This document shows positions 27,291 to 37,774 of a stretch of DNA of 64,000 bases, piece by piece. A model generated the notes under the pieces. The model made no database searches. It worked only from the letters and a program-made list of their open reading frames with translations, and was not told the DNA's origin. The stretch lies in the NCBI GenBank assembly GCA_039815185.1, contig JBCBZT010000008.1:139260-203259 (forward strand), read 5' to 3'. Made by a program: the position numbers and the translations under genes. This DNA is from Cyanobacteria bacterium P01_A01_bin.123. GTDB lineage: Bacteria > Cyanobacteriota > Cyanobacteriia > Phormidesmidales > Phormidesmidaceae. Numbering within the stretch: position 1 is the first letter of the stretch; the number at the start of each line of letters is the position of its first letter.

Positions 27291-29150
27291 TTAAGCTAGG
27301 GGTTGGAGTTGCCAAGTGTGGTCTTCTGCAAGGCCCAATCGTAGATGGTGGTAAGCTTCTAATGATTCCCGATGGCCCACACTGAGATAGGTGGTGTGAG
27401 TGGCTGCCAGATGACTGTAGAGTTGGGCTTCATTGGCGCGATCGAGGGCACTGGTGGCTTCGTCTAAGATGGCGTAGGTCGGCTGATGGAGTAACACACG
27501 GGCAAAACTAAGGCGTTGCTGTTCTCCCAGGGATAGGACATCACCCCATTCTGCTGCTGCATCAAAGCCACCAAAGCGTTCTGCTAAGTCTGGCAAATTA
27601 ACCTCTGTTAACACGGCTTCGAGTCGCGCATCTTCAATCTCGCTGTCGGGGTATGGATAGAGCAACTGTTGTCGTAAGCTACCCAAAATCATGTAGGGTT
27701 TTTGGGGTAGAAACAGCAGATGTTCCAAATCAGGTCGCTGAATCAGCCCCTTACCAGAATCCCACAGTCCTGCGATCGCCCTGAGTAACGAACTCTTCCC
27801 ACAACCGCTTGGCCCCGTCACCAGCAGAGAACTTTGGGGCTTGAGTTCTAACGAGAGGTTTTCGATCAAGGTGCGTTGGTAGTTTGGGGTCTGCAAGGTC
27901 AGATGATGTAAGGCTAACTCTGATGCAACCTCACGGATGATGAGGGGATGAGGGTCAGGAATTGCCTCAGCATCGACAGCGGTTTCCATTGATTCAACGT
28001 CCTCAGGCTCAGTTTCCGGGGGACTGGTTTCTAGATCGCCATTTTCTGGATGCCCATTTTCTGGGTGCCCAGTGACAGCAACCGCTTCCGGTAAATCCGC
28101 GATCGCTTCAACAGGGCCGAGAGACCCAGCGAAGTCGTAAAGCCGATCAATCCCAGCCCCAAAAGCCGTCAATGACTGGAAGCGAGCCACAATCACATTG
28201 AGCGAAAAGAACACGCGAATAAATGCACCCTGGGCCTCACTGACTTTACCCACTTCCACATCACCCCCAAACACAGCAGGGGCGACAACGATGGCAGGCA
28301 GCACGTAGGGAATAAACTCGTAGGCATTGGTGAGCCCATTCAGGTTCAATTCCCAAAACAGGAGATGCTTGAAGTTCTCGAAGGCGGCCATGAAGCGATC
28401 TTTAATCTGAGCTGACTCTTGGGCTTCGCCTTGGTAAAACGCGATCGCTTCGGCATTTTCACGAATTCGCACCAGGCTAAAACGGAAGTTTGCCTCTCGC
28501 TTGAGTTGCTCAAAGTTGAGTCGTACCAGCGGTTTCCCAAATACCCCCACGGCAACCAGCGTTCCAAGCACGGCGTAAACCAGCAGAAAAACGACCAGTT
28601 CTCGGGAGATGCCCCACAATACGCCGCTGAAAGCAATCACTTCTAGCACTGAATCAGACACCACCAATACCAGAGTTAAAGATTCCTGGGTGAAGCTTTT
28701 CACGTCTTCAGCAATCCGCTGGTCGGGATTGTCAATGTCAGGATTGAACTGATTAATGCGATAAAAGGCGCGATCGCTAAAGTAGCGATCGACAAAACGA
28801 TTCGTCAGCCAGCGCCGCCACGCTAACCCAAGGCGATCGCGCAGATAGGTATACCCCGCGAGCAAGGGCGCATACACCACCAGCACGCCGATGAATATCA
28901 CCACCGTTTGCCAAAAGCGGCTCTCATCTTTGGCAGAAAGGGCTGAAATCAAGACGCCACGCTGGTTATTGAGCAGGACGCTCAGCCCGGTATAGGCCAA
29001 CAGCAACAGCACAATCAGCAGCAGCAACCCCCGCGCCTTCCACTTTTCATCACCAAACCAGTAGGCTTTGGCGATCACCCAAAACCGTCCAAAAACCTTG
29101 AAATTAAATCGTTCCATAGGGGGATTTCGACTGCCATTCCACCCATTCAT
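27291..29150 (-). CDS. Fused ABC transporter permease/ATPase (YddA/ABCD-like)
   Basis: DNPDQRIAED, EAIAFY, GPSGCGKSS, LSLGEQQR, LDEATSALD. Confidence 0.92.
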   Translation of the reverse strand: MNGWNGSRNPPMERFNFKVFGRFWVIAKAYWFGDEKWKARGLLLLIVLLLLAYTGLSVLLNNQRGVLISALSAKDESRFWQTVVIFIGVLVVYAPLLAGYTYLRDRLGLAWRRWLTNRFVDRYFSDRAFYRINQFNPDIDNPDQRIAEDVKSFTQESLTLVLVVSDSVLEVIAFSGVLWGISRELVVFLLVYAVLGTLVAVGVFGKPLVRLNFEQLKREANFRFSLVRIRENAEAIAFYQGEAQESAQIKDRFMAAFENFKHLLFWELNLNGLTNAYEFIPYVLPAIVVAPAVFGGDVEVGKVSEAQGAFIRVFFSLNVIVARFQSLTAFGAGIDRLYDFAGSLGPVEAIADLPEAVAVTGHPENGHPENGDLETSPPETEPEDVESMETAVDAEAIPDPHPLIIREVASELALHHLTLQTPNYQRTLIENLSLELKPQSSLLVTGPSGCGKSSLLRAIAGLWDSGKGLIQRPDLEHLLFLPQKPYMILGSLRQQLLYPYPDSEIEDARLEAVLTEVNLPDLAERFGGFDAAAEWGDVLSLGEQQRLSFARVLLHQPTYAILDEATSALDRANEAQLYSHLAATHTTYLSVGHRESLEAYHHLRLGLAEDHTWQLQPLA

Positions 29151-29216
29151 TATGAGAGAGAATCTTAACTATCCCCTTAAAGTAGGAAAAGAGAACTCGC
29201 TCCCTAGAGAATCCCT

Positions 29217-29759
29217 ATGACTAAAATTGTCGGCATTGGCGGTAGCTTACGTACCGATTCTTACAGTATGCAGGCGCTGCATCTGGCGATACAACGCACC
29301 GAGGCCCTAGGCGCTGAGGTCGAGGTATTAGATCTGCGCGAGATGACGCTGCCCTTTTGTGATGGCGGTAACGGCTACCCTGATTATCCTGACGTGGTCG
29401 TTTTGCAAAATACGGTGCAACAAGCAGATGGTCTGATTCTGGCGACACCGGAATACCACGGTAGCGTCAGCGGTGTGATCAAGAATGCGCTGGATTTAAT
29501 GAGTTTCGACGAGCTAGATGGAAAGGTAGCTGGCTTGATCAGCGTTTTAGGCGGGCAACCCAACAGCAATGCCCTGAATGAACTGCGACTAATTATGCGT
29601 TGGGTGCACGCCTGGGTGATTCCCGAGCAAATTGCCATTGGTCAGGCTTGGCAGGCGTTTGCGCCAGACGGCACATTGAAGGATGAAAAACTGGCGAAGC
29701 GGTTTGATCAGTTTGCGCAAAGCTTGGTAATCAACACGCAGAGATTGACGGGAGATTAG
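29217..29759 (+). CDS. NADPH-dependent FMN reductase
   Basis: GSLR..S, ATPEYHGSVSGVIKNALD. Confidence 0.92.
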   Translation: MTKIVGIGGSLRTDSYSMQALHLAIQRTEALGAEVEVLDLREMTLPFCDGGNGYPDYPDVVVLQNTVQQADGLILATPEYHGSVSGVIKNALDLMSFDELDGKVAGLISVLGGQPNSNALNELRLIMRWVHAWVIPEQIAIGQAWQAFAPDGTLKDEKLAKRFDQFAQSLVINTQRLTGD

Positions 29760-29952
29760 CGGCGGCGATCGCGACACTCGAAGACCGCATTCACTTATTT
29801 TCAATCTGCAGGTTCTCTAGGGCGAAGACATTGGCAGTGATTAACTCAACTAATGCTTCATGAGATTTCAATTTTAGTAACGTGAGCCATTTTGGCCATT
29901 GGATTGAGCTAGGGTGCGGTTGTCTCCACCCGTTCTTCGCCATCGGTAGAAC

Positions 29953-30756
29953 ATGCGCAAGCTTCAATCTCTGGTCTATTCAACTGCGATCGCATTCAAT
30001 CTAGCCATCGTTGCTCCTGCTGTTGCAAATTGCCCCGACAGTATTGCTAGTGCAGAATACTTTCAGCCTGCGATGGCGCGTCTTTGGCAACAGCTCCAAA
30101 ACCAGACCAATTATCCTTGGGGAACAGCTCGTCCCTACGGCGAATTACGTAGCACTCGGATTATGTTGACACCCGCTTTCGACACACTCGATGGCACACA
30201 GAAACACCAAGTGATTGATCTGCTGCGCGTTGAACTTGGGCGAGTTATCCAAGATGTTGAGGGGCTGAGTAGTTTTCTGACACCAGAGGAAAGAGCGCGT
30301 TCGCGAGGTGGTACATTGCCCCCTTATTCGGTCTTTACCGACGACGATAGATTACTGTATACGGCCTATGACGGTTGTACACCGATGCGGATGCTAACCG
30401 AACGCGATCGCTACAGCTACTACTACCTCCGCCTGCCTCATAACCGAGCCACCAACAGCCGAGCGACGCCTGAAGACTTGCGCAACGCAGGCAATCCATT
30501 CTGGCGCACTGTGCAATTTCCCATCTCAGCCGCTGATGAACAGTCTCTGCGCCTGAGTTTTTGGAACACGGTAGGCTACGACAAAGCAGACCAAGGTTGG
30601 TGGATTGCTTGGGTACCCGAACGAGGGCACTTTGAAATCAATGTGCCCGAAGACTATAACGCCAATGATCTACAAAGGTTTTGGCAAGTTACTTCTAGCC
30701 AATATCGCTATGCAGTAGTGAACACTGACGGAACACTGGTTCTAGAACGAGAGTAG
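29953..30756 (+). CDS. Hypothetical exported protein
   Basis: Signal peptide (…APAVA↓); no recognisable domain. Confidence 0.7.
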   Translation: MRKLQSLVYSTAIAFNLAIVAPAVANCPDSIASAEYFQPAMARLWQQLQNQTNYPWGTARPYGELRSTRIMLTPAFDTLDGTQKHQVIDLLRVELGRVIQDVEGLSSFLTPEERARSRGGTLPPYSVFTDDDRLLYTAYDGCTPMRMLTERDRYSYYYLRLPHNRATNSRATPEDLRNAGNPFWRTVQFPISAADEQSLRLSFWNTVGYDKADQGWWIAWVPERGHFEINVPEDYNANDLQRFWQVTSSQYRYAVVNTDGTLVLERE

Positions 30757-30846
30757 GCGATGAGACCGTTGGGCTTCCCGGACTTCAAAGACTCCGCTGA
30801 ACTCAAATTAGAAATCATCTACGGTTGGAAATGATTTAGCCTGCTG

Positions 30847-31695
30847 CTACAGCGGTTGTCGATAAGCTTCATGTTCCACTTCAAACACATGGGCATAAAG
30901 ATTCGCCAAAATCTGCTTTCCTTCCTGAGTCAATTGCAAATAAGAAATTGCGTCTTCAATATAGGGATACACCGTTTTCCAGTAAAACCGGGGATAGTTG
31001 AGCCGCAAGTCTTCAGGGTTTTCATAGCCCAGTTGTTGATTGACGCCAGTTTCTTCAAACTCATAAAAGAGTGTCGGAATTTTTTGCAGATAGCGCGGAT
31101 CTGAAAGCTGGCCGATCAAATTTGCAGCTCGCACTAACCCAGGAAACGTGAGCGTATCTTGATAGTTACTGTCGTAGGGTACCGGGAAACGAGTGAGTTC
31201 AATATTGTCTTGAATAAGACTGGCTTTAATCAGACCATGCCCCCCAAAGCGTTCTTTGATAAACAGCTTGCCACGATCCACATGGTAAGGGGCCAAACTG
31301 GCATCGGTAGACCCTAGCGGTAGCACAACGGTTTCTTCACCCCGGCCTGTGGCGTAGACGCGATTGAACACATAATCTTGATGGCAAACCCCTTTGACAT
31401 AGCCAATGGCATGGCAACACAGCGAGATCAAAAAGTGGAGCCAGTCTTCTGAAGAGACTCCCCCTTCTCGGATATGTCGGCCTCGCAAAATCTCCTGCCC
31501 CACTAAGGTCACTAATACAGTGTGTTCGGTGTTGTGGTACAGGGCGTTACTGCTAGCAATATTTTCTAGGGCCATATTGCCAACCCAGGCAATGATATCG
31601 GCGTAGTTTGCCTTTAGGCCACCGTAGGTCGCTGCATAGCCAGCTCTGAGCTTATCAACAAAGATATCAATCAGAAGTTCATTTGTATTGATCAT
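30847..31695 (-). CDS. HD-domain metal-dependent phosphohydrolase-like protein (Npun_R2479 family), with degenerate motifs
   Basis: ALYHNTEHT, CHAIGYVKG, PYHVDRG, RAANLIGQLSDPRYL. Confidence 0.85.
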   Translation of the reverse strand: MINTNELLIDIFVDKLRAGYAATYGGLKANYADIIAWVGNMALENIASSNALYHNTEHTVLVTLVGQEILRGRHIREGGVSSEDWLHFLISLCCHAIGYVKGVCHQDYVFNRVYATGRGEETVVLPLGSTDASLAPYHVDRGKLFIKERFGGHGLIKASLIQDNIELTRFPVPYDSNYQDTLTFPGLVRAANLIGQLSDPRYLQKIPTLFYEFEETGVNQQLGYENPEDLRLNYPRFYWKTVYPYIEDAISYLQLTQEGKQILANLYAHVFEVEHEAYRQPL

Positions 31696-31795
31696 GGCAG
31701 CATGCGAGAATTTAGGAGAAATAAGGAGGCCAAAAACAGGCGTTTAGAGTTTTCAGTACCTTTGAATTTTAGGTGATGCGTCTCATCCTTATCCA

Positions 31796-33469
31796 CTAAC
31801 TGGACTGGCCATTTTGGTTTTGCTTGGCCCATTGGATCAGCATCGTTTTTAATTCAGATGGGAGCTCCACGGGCAGGGTACCGCTACGCACGTGCAAATC
31901 ACGCTGGGGAAAGGGAATTTCGATATCATGCTCACTCAACCTGGCCTCGATCATAAAGTAAAGATCGCTGCGGATGATCAGCTGTTTACCCGGTTCTGCA
32001 ATCCATACCAACAGTTGAAAATCTAAGGAACTGTCGCCAAAACCCGAGAATAAGACTAAAGGGGATGGTGTAGACAATACTTTGGCATGCTTGCGTCCTG
32101 CTTCTAGCAAAACCTTGCGCACTTGGTCTGGATCAGAACCGTAGGCTACGCCCACCGGGATGCGAATCCGCGAGATCGGATTACGATGGCTCCAGTTAAT
32201 GACTTCCTGATCTAAGAACCGGGAGTTGGGCACGATAATCGAAACTTGATCGAGGGTTCTGATTTCAGTACTGCGGGGACCAATCCGTTCGACCGTACCC
32301 ATAAATTCACCGAATTCAACAAACTCACCCACCTGAATCGGACGCTCAAATATCAGCACCAAGCCGCTACCAAAGTCACGGGCAATGTTTTGCAACCCTA
32401 AACCAATCCCAACACTGAGAGCACTGGCAAGCAATGCGAGCGAACTCAGGTCGAGGCCCCAAATCTGCAAGATCACCACAGTGCCGATGGAAATCAGGCT
32501 GTAGCGGATCATAACCGCGACCGCTTCTTGGGCACCGCGATTGATCCCGGCAATGGTGAGAAAGCGCGATCGCAGCAGGTTAGTTATCGTGCTGGTCAGC
32601 AGAATCAACGCGATAATCAAGGCCACCAATACCAGCAGATCCAGGACAGAAAACGAGCGATCGCCCAAGGAGAAATTGCTGGCGACAAAAGTATTCAGCA
32701 GGGCATTGCCAATCACATAACCCCACTGCCGCGTCAGCGGGAAGAGATTGACAACATAGAAAACGGCACTGCCCCACAAGACGAGTCGAGCGATCAACAG
32801 ACTGCCCGCCAGCAATAGCTTAAATTCGGTGGGCATCGCCTCATCAGAGGCTGGATCAGACAGGGTAAGACGGCGCAGCAATCGCCGAAAATAACGACGC
32901 CAAAGCAAATTGAGAAAGCTATGCAGGGCGATCGCACAAGCCAACACCACCACAGCAATAATGATGGCTCGCCGCAAAAACTCTGGACGACGCTCTTGCC
33001 TGGCACGGGTAATGGCCTGACGCAGTTTCACCAACCACGCGTTTGCCAACGAGCGTAGATTCAGGTCGGGATTGTCTAAAGCCACATCACTAGAGGCTTT
33101 GAGATCCTGTAGGGTGATGCTAACGAGTTGGACACCATCGAGCTCAATGACGGGCGTCTTACCGACAGACTTCAAATCCAATTTGGGTGGCGTTTCTGCA
33201 TCTACCGCTGCGTTGATCAATGAGTTGATGTCATCGGCTCGTTCATTGGCCGTTAACCCATCCGTTTCTGCCACGGCAAATAAGGTACGCCCGTCTAGCA
33301 CAACGGACGCTGTCTCAGGCGTTACCTGGGCAAAACCCGGCAAGGGCATGCTACCGAATAGGGCGATCGCTAGTGCAAATCCCACCCAGGTCCACCCCAG
33401 ACGCTGCCACCGGAATCTGCCAAAGGGCAATGGGCTTCGTTCTAACCACTGCCAAGGAAATCGGATCAT
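31796..33469 (-). CDS. MscS-family mechanosensitive channel with N-terminal periplasmic domain
   Basis: GIGLGLQNIARDFGSGL..FERPIQVGE, IIVPNS, VGVAYGSD, IEIPFPQRDLH; start approximate (the longer ORF overlaps the next gene). Confidence 0.9.
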   Translation of the reverse strand: MIRFPWQWLERSPLPFGRFRWQRLGWTWVGFALAIALFGSMPLPGFAQVTPETASVVLDGRTLFAVAETDGLTANERADDINSLINAAVDAETPPKLDLKSVGKTPVIELDGVQLVSITLQDLKASSDVALDNPDLNLRSLANAWLVKLRQAITRARQERRPEFLRRAIIIAVVVLACAIALHSFLNLLWRRYFRRLLRRLTLSDPASDEAMPTEFKLLLAGSLLIARLVLWGSAVFYVVNLFPLTRQWGYVIGNALLNTFVASNFSLGDRSFSVLDLLVLVALIIALILLTSTITNLLRSRFLTIAGINRGAQEAVAVMIRYSLISIGTVVILQIWGLDLSSLALLASALSVGIGLGLQNIARDFGSGLVLIFERPIQVGEFVEFGEFMGTVERIGPRSTEIRTLDQVSIIVPNSRFLDQEVINWSHRNPISRIRIPVGVAYGSDPDQVRKVLLEAGRKHAKVLSTPSPLVLFSGFGDSSLDFQLLVWIAEPGKQLIIRSDLYFMIEARLSEHDIEIPFPQRDLHVRSGTLPVELPSELKTMLIQWAKQNQNGQSS

Positions 33470-33516
33470 CGGAGGGCATTTCAATGGCCTGACCTGCATC
33501 GCTTCCGCTAAGGATT

Positions 33517-34194
33517 CTAACCAGTTTTGAACCGGGCCAACAGCGGCAGCAATGAAAGGATGACTAATAACCCCATGGCTGCAACAAACGCCATGTAGCC
33601 TTCTCCCATCAGGACTTGGGCACCCGTTACCCCCAACCAGGTGTAAGCAAAGGTGCCCGGAATAATGCCTAGGAAAGTACCAACGCTGTAGGATCGCAGG
33701 GGTATTGACGTCAGCCCAAACAGAAAGTTCACCAGGTTGAAGGGAGAAATCGGCACAAACCGAACCGCCAAGACACAGCGTAACGCTTGACAAGCTAGCA
33801 GTTGATTCAGGCGTTTGAAGATTGGGTGGTGGTTAAAGCGCCGTAAAAACCAATCCCGTAGGAGGTAGCGGGCAATACTAAAAGCCGCGATCGCGCCCAA
33901 AGTCGCTCCAATGACTGACCAAAGCGTCCCCCAAGCGACCCCAAACACAGCCCCCCCAGCAACCACTAACACAGTCCCTGGAACACCGCAGGCAGTGGCC
34001 AGAATGTGGGCTGCAATGAAGACAAAACAGGCCCAAGGGCCCAAGCCCCGCAGGGTCATGATCCACTGATTGTGATCGGTAAGCCACTGAAAGGCGGGTT
34101 GGCCCCAGTAGGCCAAGATAATCCCCAGACCCAACAGCAGCCAGAACCGCCTTTTCTTAAACACGTTTCTCAATGCTTTTACCCATGGTTTCAT
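33517..34194 (-). CDS. TVP38/TMEM64 (DedA-like) membrane protein
   Basis: VPGTVLVVAGGAVFG, RFVPISPFNLVNFLFGLT, GIIPGT. Confidence 0.9.
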   Translation of the reverse strand: MKPWVKALRNVFKKRRFWLLLGLGIILAYWGQPAFQWLTDHNQWIMTLRGLGPWACFVFIAAHILATACGVPGTVLVVAGGAVFGVAWGTLWSVIGATLGAIAAFSIARYLLRDWFLRRFNHHPIFKRLNQLLACQALRCVLAVRFVPISPFNLVNFLFGLTSIPLRSYSVGTFLGIIPGTFAYTWLGVTGAQVLMGEGYMAFVAAMGLLVILSLLPLLARFKTG

Positions 34195-34211
34195 GCAGTT
34201 AAACCTTGGTC

Positions 34212-34293
34212 ACATCCAGAGCCTTAGCTGTCTTGAGCTAAACGTTCCAGCGTTTCCCTATGCGCTAAAAACTCAGGATTTCAAATCGGATAG
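34212..34293 (+). repeat. ~56-bp repeat family copy B, with internal insert
   Basis: ACATCCAGAGCC...AAAAACTCAGGATTTCAAATCGGAT. Confidence 0.7.
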
Positions 34294-34309
34294 GATTTAG
34301 CGTGATCGA

Positions 34310-35092
34310 TTAGCTCTCCGAAACGACTTCAGCATCAGCCGTATCCGGCACTGCTTCTTTGAGGGCTTTGCGAGCCACACGGGTGACATAAACCGTGACC
34401 GCTACCGTCGCAACGAAACCAATAATCCGGATAGCCCAGGTAATGGTGGGATTTGAAGGTGCATCACCCGCTCCCAGCGTCGCTAAGTTGCCTGCGAGGG
34501 AACCTAGATACACATACATGATGGTGCCGGGAAGAATACCGGTCGTTCCCAACACATAATCTTTCAGGGAAACTTGAGTGAGGCCGAGGGCATAGTTGAG
34601 TAAATTGAAGGGGAACGCAGGAGAAAGGCGAATCAAAAAGATGATTTTGCGTCCCTCATGGGCGATCGCTTCATCAATGGCTTTGAATTTCTCATTGCCG
34701 GCGATTTTATTTGCGACCCAGTCGCGGGCAACATAACGTCCGACCAGGAAAGCGGCAGTTGCTCCGAGCATCGCGCCGACAAACACAAACATAGAACCTT
34801 TAACGACGCCAAACACGACGCCTGCCCCCAACGTCACCACTGAAGCCGGGACAAAGGCAACGGTAATTACGATATAGAGCAAGATAAAAACTAATGGCGC
34901 GATCGCGCCGAGGTTATCAATCCAGGTTAAGGCTTCAGCTAACTTAGCCTGAGGCGAAAATCCACCTGCGGCTTCTTGGGCTAGAGCTGGGGCAGCCGGA
35001 AACAAAATGGCAGCAGTGACCATAAGTAAAGTCAGCTGCACCCATCGGGCACTTAGCGGCGGCGGGGTGAATGATTTAAGCAAGGGAATCAT
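34310..35092 (-). CDS. TVP38/TMEM64 (DedA-like) membrane protein
   Basis: VPASVVTLGAGVVFG, RLSPAFPFNLLNYALGLT, PGTIMYVYLG. Confidence 0.92.
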   Translation of the reverse strand: MIPLLKSFTPPPLSARWVQLTLLMVTAAILFPAAPALAQEAAGGFSPQAKLAEALTWIDNLGAIAPLVFILLYIVITVAFVPASVVTLGAGVVFGVVKGSMFVFVGAMLGATAAFLVGRYVARDWVANKIAGNEKFKAIDEAIAHEGRKIIFLIRLSPAFPFNLLNYALGLTQVSLKDYVLGTTGILPGTIMYVYLGSLAGNLATLGAGDAPSNPTITWAIRIIGFVATVAVTVYVTRVARKALKEAVPDTADAEVVSES

Positions 35093-35230
35093 GGTGCATC
35101 GTGGATAGGGTTTACAACGGAATCGAGGCTATCATCAACGCTTTTTATTAAAGGCATTCCGTCTGAATTTTTCCTGAGAGTGCACCGCCAATTCCCTTAA
35201 ACTTCAGCACTGCTGGTATGGGTGGATCAT

Positions 35231-35283
35231 TCAGGGAACTGAGAACAAAATATCAGGGTATTCTCAGGTTTAGTTGTTAAATT
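35231..35283 (+). promoter_or_regulatory. Candidate OmpR-type direct-repeat box and -10
   Basis: TCAGG at 35231, 35253 and 35264 (22- and 11-bp periods), then TGTTAAATT, upstream of the HK-RR operon. Confidence 0.4.
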
Positions 35284-35307
35284 CTAGACAAGCTTTGTTC
35301 CTACTAT

Positions 35308-36768
35308 TTGGCCTGTCCGTTGGTTAATCGTTTGTTCACTGCAATTCGTCGCCATGTTGCGGCCATTGGTTCACCAGATCTGGGATCAATTCAGTCTCGA
35401 TTGACCCTGGGTGTTGTGCTCCTCTCAATTGTTGGCATTGGGGGTACGAGCTTCTGGATGAGCTGGCGAATGCAGCAGATTTTGCTGGACGGGCCCAAGC
35501 GTAATGCTTGGGATGTGACCGAGCGGTTTACAGATGATGTGATCATCTATCAAGAGATGATGACCACCCCAGAAGCAGTGCAAAAAGTGATTGAGCACCG
35601 CTCCACTGGGGATCTCGTGCTGTGGATACGGGATCCCAGCAGCGATATGGTGGCTCAGTCTGAAGCCCTAGAGATGGAGAGCTGGCAGTCCACTAACATT
35701 CTCGATACCCTACTCTCTCGACAGACAAATGCCCGGGTAGAGATTGTCGTCATTCAAAATCATCATTTTGTGGTGTGTGCCACCCCAGTGAGCGTTAATA
35801 ATGAGGCCCTAGGAACGCTCTATGTGGCCCAAGATATTACCCAAGCCCAACGCAGCTTTACCCAGGTTAACCGCAGCCTAACCCTAGTGAATGGGGGTGT
35901 CTTAATCGCGATCGCGATCGCCCTGAGCCTCTATATCCGCCGTGCCCTGAGCCCGATTCGGCAAATCAATCATCTGGCAACTGAAGTGTCTGCAGACACC
36001 CTGGGTGATGCTCACCTGAAGCTCGATCGGGCCCCCACCGAAGTCCAAGAATTGGCCCAAAGTCTTGACATGATGCTGTTACGCTTGGCCGAGGCTTGGG
36101 AATACCAGCGCCGTTTTGTCAATGATGTCTCCCACGAGCTGCGAACCCCCCTGAGCTTGATCAACGGCTATCTGCAAAGTACCCTACGCCGCTGCCAAAC
36201 CCTGACCGATATGCAGCGTGAAGGACTAGAAATTGCTCATGCAGAAACCGAACGTACGATTCGCCTGCTGCAAGATTTGCTCGATTTGGCCCGGGCAGAC
36301 AGCGGTTCCCTGCGATTTAATCTAGAGCGTATCGACCCCAAAATCCTGGTGCAAGAAGTGATTGAGATGGCCGAATATGGTAAAGCCGCGATCGCAGCAG
36401 ACCTAAAACCCACGGCTAAAATCCGCATTGATCGCCATCGCCTCAAGCAGGTCTTGATCAACCTGATCGACAATGCCCTGAAATATTCTGAAACCAACAA
36501 ACCGATCCGCGTTATCCTAAGCCAACCTGAAACTGAGATCAGCCTACAGGTGATTGATTACGGTCGTGGTATTCCCTTAGGCGATCAAACCGCTATCTTT
36601 GAACCCTTTTATCGAGTCGACGAAGACCGCTCCCGCAAAACGGGAGGAACCGGATTAGGACTGCCAATTGTTAAACGGTTGGTTGAGAGTATGGGTGGAA
36701 CAGTTAAAGTAAAGTCAAACCCTGGTGAAGGCAGCACCTTTATCCTCAGTTTTCCAGCCTGCCTGTAA
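35308..36768 (+). CDS. HAMP-domain sensor histidine kinase
   Basis: 2 TM, HAMP, SHELRTPL, NLIDNALKYS, D.G.GI, GGTGLGL. Confidence 0.95.
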   Translation: MACPLVNRLFTAIRRHVAAIGSPDLGSIQSRLTLGVVLLSIVGIGGTSFWMSWRMQQILLDGPKRNAWDVTERFTDDVIIYQEMMTTPEAVQKVIEHRSTGDLVLWIRDPSSDMVAQSEALEMESWQSTNILDTLLSRQTNARVEIVVIQNHHFVVCATPVSVNNEALGTLYVAQDITQAQRSFTQVNRSLTLVNGGVLIAIAIALSLYIRRALSPIRQINHLATEVSADTLGDAHLKLDRAPTEVQELAQSLDMMLLRLAEAWEYQRRFVNDVSHELRTPLSLINGYLQSTLRRCQTLTDMQREGLEIAHAETERTIRLLQDLLDLARADSGSLRFNLERIDPKILVQEVIEMAEYGKAAIAADLKPTAKIRIDRHRLKQVLINLIDNALKYSETNKPIRVILSQPETEISLQVIDYGRGIPLGDQTAIFEPFYRVDEDRSRKTGGTGLGLPIVKRLVESMGGTVKVKSNPGEGSTFILSFPACL

Positions 36769-36843
36769 GTACGGTTACCCCTGAAACACCCCTCGATATC
36801 CTATTAAACGACCCCTATCAAACTGCCAAGGAGACTTTGCCCC

Positions 36844-37518
36844 ATGAGTGCCACCATCTTACTGGTCGAAGATGAAGATAAGCTGGCCAAATTTGTGCAA
36901 ATGGAGCTGAGCTATGAGGGCTACGACGTCAAAGTGGCCAATGATGGGTTAGCAGGGTTAATGACCGCTCGCGACGTAGAACCCGACTTAGTCATTCTCG
37001 ATTGGATGATGCCGGGAATGTCAGGGGTTGAGGTCTGTCGGCGGCTGCGCAGCACCGGCAGCAAAGTCCCCGTAATTTTGCTCACCGCTAAAGACGGTGT
37101 GCAAGACCGAGTAGAGGGGTTAGACGCCGGGGCAGATGATTACGTGGTCAAACCCTTCAGCATTGAAGAGCTGCTTGCCCGGGTTCGCGCCCATCTCAGA
37201 CGTAATCAACCCAGCGAAAACGAGTCCCTACAGTTTGATGATCTCAGCCTCAACCGCAAAACCCGAGAAGTGTTTCGCGGCGATCGCGCCATTGAGCTAA
37301 CCGCCAAAGAATTTGACCTGCTCGATTACCTACTCGACCATCCCCGCCAGGTGATTACCCGCGATCGCATCTTAGAAGAAGTCTGGGGCTATGACTTCAT
37401 GGGCGACTCAAACATCATCGAAGTCTACATTCGCTACCTCCGCCTCAAACTCGAAGCCGAGGGTGAAAAGCGGCTGATTCAAACCGTTCGCGGCGTAGGT
37501 TACGTGCTTAGGGATTAA
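36844..37518 (+). CDS. OmpR-family response regulator
   Basis: [24 protein letters not shown], winged helix ending IQTVRGVGY. Confidence 0.96.
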   Translation: MSATILLVEDEDKLAKFVQMELSYEGYDVKVANDGLAGLMTARDVEPDLVILDWMMPGMSGVEVCRRLRSTGSKVPVILLTAKDGVQDRVEGLDAGADDYVVKPFSIEELLARVRAHLRRNQPSENESLQFDDLSLNRKTREVFRGDRAIELTAKEFDLLDYLLDHPRQVITRDRILEEVWGYDFMGDSNIIEVYIRYLRLKLEAEGEKRLIQTVRGVGYVLRD

Positions 37519-37570
37519 TCGCGCAGAGACTTGCTAGGATCAAAACGGAGATCACCCAAGAGATAATCCC

Positions 37571-37774
37571 GTGGAAATCAACTGCGCTAAAGATTGCATC
37601 AATGGTTGCATGTTAGGGGACGATTGCCCCAACAAAGAATACACCAGCCAAGCTTCTAAATTTATTGAAGAAACATCCCTCGATCAAATGCTCGATATGG
37701 CAGATGCTGCCGTCCGCAAGAAAATGATGCAGCGGGCGATGGAACCCCCCAAGTGGGTTTTCCCCGAAGATTAA
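37571..37774 (+). CDS. Conserved small cyanobacterial protein, Cys-rich N-terminus
   Basis: INCAKDCINGCMLGDDCPN...PPKWVFPED. Confidence 0.7.
   Translation: MEINCAKDCINGCMLGDDCPNKEYTSQASKFIEETSLDQMLDMADAAVRKKMMQRAMEPPKWVFPED

Noticed and set aside
33470..33793. Long N-terminal extension of the MscS ORF
   Set aside because: Overlaps the TVP38 gene on the same strand in another frame and has no protein-like features.
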